Shown here in pieces: positions 58,469 to 64,000 of a stretch of DNA of 64,000 bases (the stretch's first letter is position 1; each line of letters starts with the position of its first letter). This DNA comes from a virus (Duplodnaviria; Caudoviricetes), in the IMG/VR virus record IMGVR_UViG_2974673715_000001, positions 64,001 to 128,000 of that record; one strand, written 5' to 3'. Below the pieces are notes generated by a model. It did not search any database, was not told the origin of the DNA, and was given only the letters and a program-made list of their open reading frames with translations. Position numbers and translations under genes: made by a program.

Positions 58469-58866
58469 AGAAGTTCAATCTATTCAAGTTTGAGCATACA
58501 TGGGGTGGTAAAGATAACTGGTATACTAAATCTACTAGGTGGGCGAAGAAGCAACCCTTCCCTTTAAACCATTTAATTACAGGTTTTATCGAATGGTTGC
58601 ATATTCAGTGGAATGATGGTAAAATAATTATGGCTATGGACGACGTTGATCGTCAGGTAGATAAAATCCAATCCCAGTGGGAGGAAAATGAGCAACAAAC
58701 AAGACACACAATCGTGGAGACAGGAGTATTTGGAGATGAAGGCTGGTCTCTCGAAATTACAAATCCGATTGTTGAAAGAGGGTCCTCATCAACTAGCACA
58801 GGCATGGTTACTCCAAGCGATGCACAACGACTACAAGAAGATGAAGGGGATCAAGGAACCACCTAG
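58465..58866 (+). CDS. Hypothetical protein
   Basis: 133-aa ORF with ATGA coupling to gp3; its 3' part overlaps the next ORF. Confidence 0.55.
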   Translation: MKKFNLFKFEHTWGGKDNWYTKSTRWAKKQPFPLNHLITGFIEWLHIQWNDGKIIMAMDDVDRQVDKIQSQWEENEQQTRHTIVETGVFGDEGWSLEITNPIVERGSSSTSTGMVTPSDAQRLQEDEGDQGTT

Positions 58867-58933
58867 TCGTGAGTCTGGATATCAGATTTCAATGAAAGAG
58901 TGGTTTGAACGTGAAAAGGATCAGGGTGTATGA
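58688..58933 (+). CDS. Hypothetical protein
   Basis: Strong RBS GGGAGG before the ATG; ATGA coupling with uvsY. Confidence 0.7.
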   Translation: MSNKQDTQSWRQEYLEMKAGLSKLQIRLLKEGPHQLAQAWLLQAMHNDYKKMKGIKEPPSRESGYQISMKEWFEREKDQGV

Positions 58934-59358
58934 ATCTTGAACAATTTCAAGAGATGTGGAAAAAGGATAGTGTAATTGACGGAGATTTATACTGCGAAGA
59001 ATCTACAAAAATTCCACAACTTCATATGAAATATATGGAGTATCACAATACTTTCTCTCTTATGAAAAAAGAAAGAGAGTTAGAAATGAAACGTCTCATA
59101 AAAGAAAAATGGTTATACTATAAAGGTAAAGCACCCTCTTCAGTATACAAAGAAACACCATTTGATTTTAAACTTACTACAAAAGAAGAGATCAATATGT
59201 TTATTGAAGCAGATGATGCTATCTGCAAACTACAATTTAAGATAGACTACATAGAACAAGTTCTATTGTATCTTGATAGTATCTTACGAATGATAAACAA
59301 TCGTAATTTTCAAATTAAGAATGCAATTGAATGGGAAAAATTTAAGAATGGTTTTTAA
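58930..59358 (+). CDS. uvsY: Recombination mediator UvsY
   Basis: MWKKDSVID, KIPQLHMKY, KWLYYKGKA and RNFQIKNAIEW. Confidence 0.9.
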   Translation: MNLEQFQEMWKKDSVIDGDLYCEESTKIPQLHMKYMEYHNTFSLMKKERELEMKRLIKEKWLYYKGKAPSSVYKETPFDFKLTTKEEINMFIEADDAICKLQFKIDYIEQVLLYLDSILRMINNRNFQIKNAIEWEKFKNGF

Positions 59359-59903
59359 TGAATTACGGATTGCCCTACAAAGAAGTTATCTTCAATACAA
59401 AGGCACAGGATATAGTCAACAAGGTAATTTCGTATAGACATAATTGGACTAGAGGACAAATTCGTAGCGGAGTCCAATCAAATAGAAGTTCAGAGATAGC
59501 ATGGTTAGGAGATAGAGAACTCCTGTCCATGCTTCTTCGTATGATTAAGAAAATAAATGAAGATGCTCGTTGGAATCTAAAGATTACAGGTGTCGAACCA
59601 GTTCAGTATGGTAGATATGGTGAAGGTGATTTTTATGATTGGCACATAGATCAACACCCTCAACCAGTAAAGGGATTAGTAAGAAAGGTTAGTATGACAC
59701 TCTTTCTAAATGAAGATTACGAAGGAGGCGAGTTTGATTTGGAGATATATAAACCAGAGACAGATCCCAGATATAAAACTTTCAAGTTAAATGCAGGATC
59801 TGCTATCTTTTTCCAAAGTGATCGATGGCACAGGGTACGTCCTATCACATCTGGAACTCGTGAATCTTTAGTAGCATGGTTTTATGGACCTCCTTATTCG
59901 TAA
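59358..59903 (+). CDS. 2OG-Fe(II) oxygenase (prolyl-hydroxylase/PKHD-like)
   Basis: FYDWHID, RKVSMTLFLNEDYEGGEF and WHRVRPITSGTRESLVAW. Confidence 0.88.
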   Translation: MNYGLPYKEVIFNTKAQDIVNKVISYRHNWTRGQIRSGVQSNRSSEIAWLGDRELLSMLLRMIKKINEDARWNLKITGVEPVQYGRYGEGDFYDWHIDQHPQPVKGLVRKVSMTLFLNEDYEGGEFDLEIYKPETDPRYKTFKLNAGSAIFFQSDRWHRVRPITSGTRESLVAWFYGPPYS

Positions 59904-61356
59904 AAAGAATGAAGTCTATCTTAAGGTTGAAGCACAACCTCACATTAATTATGAGTTAGCAGATTTCTTTACCTTCGAGGTAGAGTCTGCAAAATTCATG
60001 CAGAAGACTAGAAGGTATAGAGGATGGGATGGTAAGATTAGATTGTTTTCTCCTGCAACAGGAGAGATATATTGTGGTCTTGTAGATTACTTAACAGACT
60101 GGGCGAAAGAAAAGGGATATGAATATCAAATAGAAGATGATGAATACTTTGGTCATCCTATCACAGAGAATGAACTTATCACTCCCAAGTCGGTTGTAGG
60201 GTTTGTAAAATCACTGCGTCTGCCCCCGACTCTACAGGTAAGGGATTATCAGTATAAGGCAATTTACGAAGCACTAAAATACAACAGACGACTGTTGCTG
60301 TCCCCCACAGCGTCAGGAAAATCTTTGATGATTTATGCATTGGTTAGATTTCATTTAAACGTTGGTCGTAATGTTTTAATTGTAGTCCCCACTACCTCTC
60401 TTGTCGAACAAATGTATAAGGACTTTGAAACATATGGTTGGATGGCAAAGAAAGATTGCCATAAGATATATGCAGGGCAAGACAAATATACAGATCATAA
60501 TGTGATAATCACCACTTGGCAGTCAGTATATAAAGAACCAAAAAAATGGTTTGATAGATTTGACTGCGTGATTGGTGATGAAGCACATCAGTTCAAAGCA
60601 AAATCTCTAAGTACATTGATGGGTAAGTTGCATGATTGTAAATACCGTATTGGTTTTACAGGAACACTAGATGGTGCCAATGTCAATCAACTTGTATTAG
60701 AAGGTTTGTTTGGTAGATGTTCTCAAGTTACTAGAACTAATCAATTGATGAAGGCAGGGCACATTGCTAAATTAAAAGTCAAGGTAGTTCTTTTAAAACA
60801 TGAAGAAAAACTATTTGAAGGATATCAAGATGAAATTGATTATCTAGTTGAACACGAAGGAAGGAATAAATTTATCCGTAATCTTGCGTGTGATCTCAAA
60901 GGAAATACCCTTGTGCTTTTCAATTATGTAGAACGACATGGTGAACCTCTTTACAAATTGATAAATAGTTACACAGACAGACCCGTGTTCTTTGTTCATG
61001 GGGGTGTAGATGTCGATGATCGCGAAGAAATTCGCATGCTAACAGAGGCATCAGACAATGCAATCATTATTGCATCGTATGGTACGTTCTCTACTGGCAT
61101 CAATATTAAAAACTTACATAATGTTATTTTCGCTTCTCCTTCTAAATCTCGGATTCGTAATTTACAGTCTATTGGACGAGTATTGCGGAAAGGAGACAAT
61201 AAATCAAAAGCCACTTTATATGATATTGCTGATGATATCTCAACAGACAGGGGCAATAACTACACGTTGAATCACCTGATGGAGAGAGTCAAGATTTATA
61301 ATGAAGAGAAATTTCAGTATGAGATCATAGATGTAAAAGTAAAAGCTTATGATTAA
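59884..61356 (+). CDS. uvsW: DNA helicase UvsW
   Basis: RDYQ, SPTASGKS, GDEAH, GFTGT and LQSIGRVLR SF2 motifs. Confidence 0.95.
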   Translation: MDLLIRKKNEVYLKVEAQPHINYELADFFTFEVESAKFMQKTRRYRGWDGKIRLFSPATGEIYCGLVDYLTDWAKEKGYEYQIEDDEYFGHPITENELITPKSVVGFVKSLRLPPTLQVRDYQYKAIYEALKYNRRLLLSPTASGKSLMIYALVRFHLNVGRNVLIVVPTTSLVEQMYKDFETYGWMAKKDCHKIYAGQDKYTDHNVIITTWQSVYKEPKKWFDRFDCVIGDEAHQFKAKSLSTLMGKLHDCKYRIGFTGTLDGANVNQLVLEGLFGRCSQVTRTNQLMKAGHIAKLKVKVVLLKHEEKLFEGYQDEIDYLVEHEGRNKFIRNLACDLKGNTLVLFNYVERHGEPLYKLINSYTDRPVFFVHGGVDVDDREEIRMLTEASDNAIIIASYGTFSTGINIKNLHNVIFASPSKSRIRNLQSIGRVLRKGDNKSKATLYDIADDISTDRGNNYTLNHLMERVKIYNEEKFQYEIIDVKVKAYD

Positions 61357-61774
61357 CTACGCAAAACACGACGAAGAATTTCACGGTATATTCAAACTGG
61401 TTAGTGGGGAGGAAATCCTTGCTAAGGCAGTTATGACAGAAGATCGTGGAGAGAGTTTAATTTTCATGTCTGATCCTGTTAGCGTATTGCCAATCACTAA
61501 GGACGTCGGCGAGCAAAAAATATTAAGAGGTATGGGTTTCAGTAAATGGATTCCAATGTCTGACGAAGAATTTTTTATTTTAAGAGAGAAGGATATCATG
61601 ACCATGGCAACAATGAGTAGACCTGTCAAACTCATGTACGATGCATACATCATCGGCGAAGATGCACATGGAAAGCAAATGAAAGAACGTCAAGTTCCGC
61701 CCTCGATTGCCGAAGGATATCTAGGAAACACAAAAGACATCCGTGCCTTGCTAGAAAAATTGTATAAGAAGTAA
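61349..61774 (+). CDS. Hypothetical protein (Sm-like fold candidate), conserved between uvsW and gp55
   Basis: FKLVSGEEILAKA...KWIPMSDEEFF. Confidence 0.7.
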   Translation: MINYAKHDEEFHGIFKLVSGEEILAKAVMTEDRGESLIFMSDPVSVLPITKDVGEQKILRGMGFSKWIPMSDEEFFILREKDIMTMATMSRPVKLMYDAYIIGEDAHGKQMKERQVPPSIAEGYLGNTKDIRALLEKLYKK

Positions 61775-61817
61775 GTTATATTTCCTCTGAACCCTTACAG
61801 TGTTAGTATACTTGTCC

Positions 61818-61846
61818 TTGACAGGTTTGTCAAGTGTTGTTATAAT
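61818..61846 (+). promoter_or_regulatory. Consensus sigma70 (early/middle) promoter for gp55
   Basis: TTGACA, 17-nt spacer with extended TG, TATAAT. Confidence 0.85.
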
Positions 61847-61866
61847 TAAAACAAAGAAAAATTTGT

Positions 61867-62340
61867 ATGAAGAAATCTTCCCCCAAAAAGCGACAGCATT
61901 ATGTAGATAATCAAGAGTTTCTTGCTGCTATTATCAAGTATAAAGAGAAAGTAGACCATGCAAAAGAAAAGGGTCTACCAAAACCTCGTGTCAATAATTA
62001 CATTGGTGGTTGCTTTTTAAAGATTGCTACTCATCTATCATATAGACCAAACTTTATTAATTACATGTATAAAGATGATATGGTATGTGATGGTATCGAG
62101 AATTGTATACAGTATATTGATAACTTTGATCCTGCTAAGAGTAGAAACCCCTTTGCATATTTTACTCAAATCGTATACTATGCTTTCCTAAGAAGAATTG
62201 CTAAAGAGAAAAGACAAATGGATATTAAAGAAAAAATTATAGAAAAATCTGGATACGATCATGTATTCACAGTTGACGGAGACGCAAGTTCAGAGTATAA
62301 TCAAATTAAGTCCCGTGTCGAAATGAATTCTAAACGATGA
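61867..62340 (+). CDS. gp55: Late-transcription sigma factor gp55
   Basis: HYVDNQEFL, YIGGCFLKIATHLSYRPNFINY and NPFAYFTQIVYYAFLRRIAKEK. Confidence 0.95.
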   Translation: MKKSSPKKRQHYVDNQEFLAAIIKYKEKVDHAKEKGLPKPRVNNYIGGCFLKIATHLSYRPNFINYMYKDDMVCDGIENCIQYIDNFDPAKSRNPFAYFTQIVYYAFLRRIAKEKRQMDIKEKIIEKSGYDHVFTVDGDASSEYNQIKSRVEMNSKR

Positions 62341-63371
62341 AGATTCTCTTAATAACAGATCAACACTTTGGAGTTCGTAATGACAACCAACATTTTATCA
62401 ATCATTACAAAAAGTTTTACAATAATATTGTAATTCCTTTTATAAAAGCATCTGGCATTAAACAGGTCATTGCTCTTGGTGATACCTTTGATCGTCGTAG
62501 ATTCATTAACTTTATGTCTCTAAACGAATCAAAAGAAATGTGGTTTGATCCATTGAGAGATATGGGTATCCCAATGACCATGCTTGTTGGCAACCATGAC
62601 ATATACTACAAAAATACTCTTCGAGTTAATGCCCCAAATGAATTACTCAGAGGGTACGACAACATCACAATCATTGATGACCACGATACTGTCACTTTTG
62701 ATGGTCTACCTATTCTTCTCCTTTCTTGGATTTGTGATGACAATCGCGAACGATTTCTCAAAGTTATCCAAGAATCTGATGCCCCTGTCTGTATGGGTCA
62801 TTTGGAGCTTAACGGTTTTGAGGCTCATCCAGGTCATGTGATGGAAGGTGGGATGGATCCCAATGTCTTTAGTAAATTTAAAAGAGTATTCTCTGGACAC
62901 TATCATCAGAAATCTACTAAAGGTAATATCAGATACTTAGGTAATCCTTATCAACTTTATTGGAATGACTACGCAGCGAAAAGAGGTTTTCACGTCTTTG
63001 ATACAGACACTCTTAAAACTACTTTTTATAGGAATCCCTTTGATGTTTTTTATAAACTGTATTATAATTCTGGAGTGTCTCTCCCAGACGAATCAGAAAT
63101 CAGAGGATCATTCGTCAAACTAATTGTAGAAGATAAAGGAGACTATCAGAAGTTCGACTACAATGTAAAACGCATACAGGATATGGGTTGTGCAGATCTT
63201 AAGATTGTTGAAGATCTTAGTGTGGAACTGGAGAATGGAAGTGAAGTGCTAGAAACCGAAGACACAATGACGTTGTTAGACAAATATATAGATGAGATAG
63301 ATTTAAGAGTCAGTAAACCTAATGTTAAGTCTGTCATGCGATCACTATATGTAGAGGCATCAGAACTATAA
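62337..63371 (+). CDS. gp47: Recombination endonuclease subunit gp47 (SbcD/Mre11-like)
   Basis: ITDQHFG, LGDTFDRR, GNHD and FSGHYH phosphoesterase motifs. Confidence 0.95.
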   Translation: MKILLITDQHFGVRNDNQHFINHYKKFYNNIVIPFIKASGIKQVIALGDTFDRRRFINFMSLNESKEMWFDPLRDMGIPMTMLVGNHDIYYKNTLRVNAPNELLRGYDNITIIDDHDTVTFDGLPILLLSWICDDNRERFLKVIQESDAPVCMGHLELNGFEAHPGHVMEGGMDPNVFSKFKRVFSGHYHQKSTKGNIRYLGNPYQLYWNDYAAKRGFHVFDTDTLKTTFYRNPFDVFYKLYYNSGVSLPDESEIRGSFVKLIVEDKGDYQKFDYNVKRIQDMGCADLKIVEDLSVELENGSEVLETEDTMTLLDKYIDEIDLRVSKPNVKSVMRSLYVEASEL

Positions 63372-63643
63372 TGTTTGTTCTTACTGATAAAAAAACTGGT
63401 GGTGTTTATGCTAACTCTAAGTCAGGCGACGAACAGGGTAAGAAGAACGTGCTTGTTTTTGCAGAGAAAGACGATGCAGAAAGATATATCGTACTTCTAG
63501 AGGCAGATGATTTTAATCAGGAACTTGACATTCTGGAAGTAGATGCAGAAATTGTTGCCATGAATTGTGGTAATTATGGGTATTCTTATGCTATAATAGA
63601 ACCTACTGACTTACTCATACCAAAAATCAAATTTGATAAATGA
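63371..63643 (+). CDS. Hypothetical protein (DUF3110-like)
   Basis: VLVFAEKDDAERYIVLLEADDF motif. Confidence 0.65.
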   Translation: MFVLTDKKTGGVYANSKSGDEQGKKNVLVFAEKDDAERYIVLLEADDFNQELDILEVDAEIVAMNCGNYGYSYAIIEPTDLLIPKIKFDK

Positions 63644-63999
63644 TTGTTTTTGAAAATATTAAGTGGAAGAATTTTCTTTCCACTGGTGATCAATGGACAG
63701 AAATTAGTTTGAATGAATCTCCATCAACTCTTATTGTTGGTGCAAACGGTGCAGGTAAATCTACTCTCTTAGATGCATTGTGTTTTGTTTTATTCAATAA
63801 ACCTTTTAGAAAAATTAGTAGAGGACAGTTAGTAAATAGTATCAATGAAAAAGGTCTTAAGGTTGAAGTATTATTCTCTATTGGTGTTGATGAGTATCGC
63901 GTCTTTCGTGGAGCGAAACCTAATATATTCGAGGTCTACAAAAACAATAAAATGGTTGACCAAGATGCTGCTGCCAAAGACACGCAGAAGTATCTCGAA
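63640..63999 (+). CDS. gp46: Recombination endonuclease subunit gp46 (SbcC/Rad50-like), 3'-truncated by the window
   Basis: MIVFENIKWKNFLSTG... and Walker A GANGAGKSTLLDALCFVLFNKPFR; ATGA overlap with the previous ORF. Confidence 0.92.
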   Translation, partial: MIVFENIKWKNFLSTGDQWTEISLNESPSTLIVGANGAGKSTLLDALCFVLFNKPFRKISRGQLVNSINEKGLKVEVLFSIGVDEYRVFRGAKPNIFEVYKNNKMVDQDAAAKDTQKYLE

Positions 64000-64000
64000 C

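Overview
This is a 64-kb segment of an AT-rich T4-like cyanomyovirus genome (Kyanoviridae-type, infecting Prochlorococcus/Synechococcus), with essentially all genes on the + strand. Positions 1-37.9 kb encode giant baseplate, fiber and virion proteins: a >5400-aa protein truncated by the window start, gp8, a VrlC/DUF4815-like protein and a 2236-aa fiber. The T4 core follows: gp13, gp14, gp15, gp16, a hypervariable island, gp17-gp23, gp3, uvsY, uvsW, gp55, gp47 and the start of gp46. The gp16-gp17 island carries PTOX, pcyA, a 2OG-Fe(II) oxygenase, a thermonuclease, small ORFs and an antisense tRNA-CAT. It also carries two very basic modular proteins that look like polyproteins processed by the prohead protease and targeted to the capsid. 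Downstream of gp23 lies a highly structured ~170-nt ncRNA (manA-like) whose sigma70 promoter is embedded in the gp23 terminator. Other notable patterns are nested (Russian-doll) repeat domains and phycobiliprotein-like Cys motifs in the giant virion protein, intact type-1 copper ligand sets in virion proteins, a module shared between two structural genes, a symmetric bidirectional promoter upstream of gp55, and apparent avoidance of YGCTGG. All family calls come from recognised motifs and synteny, not from database searches.
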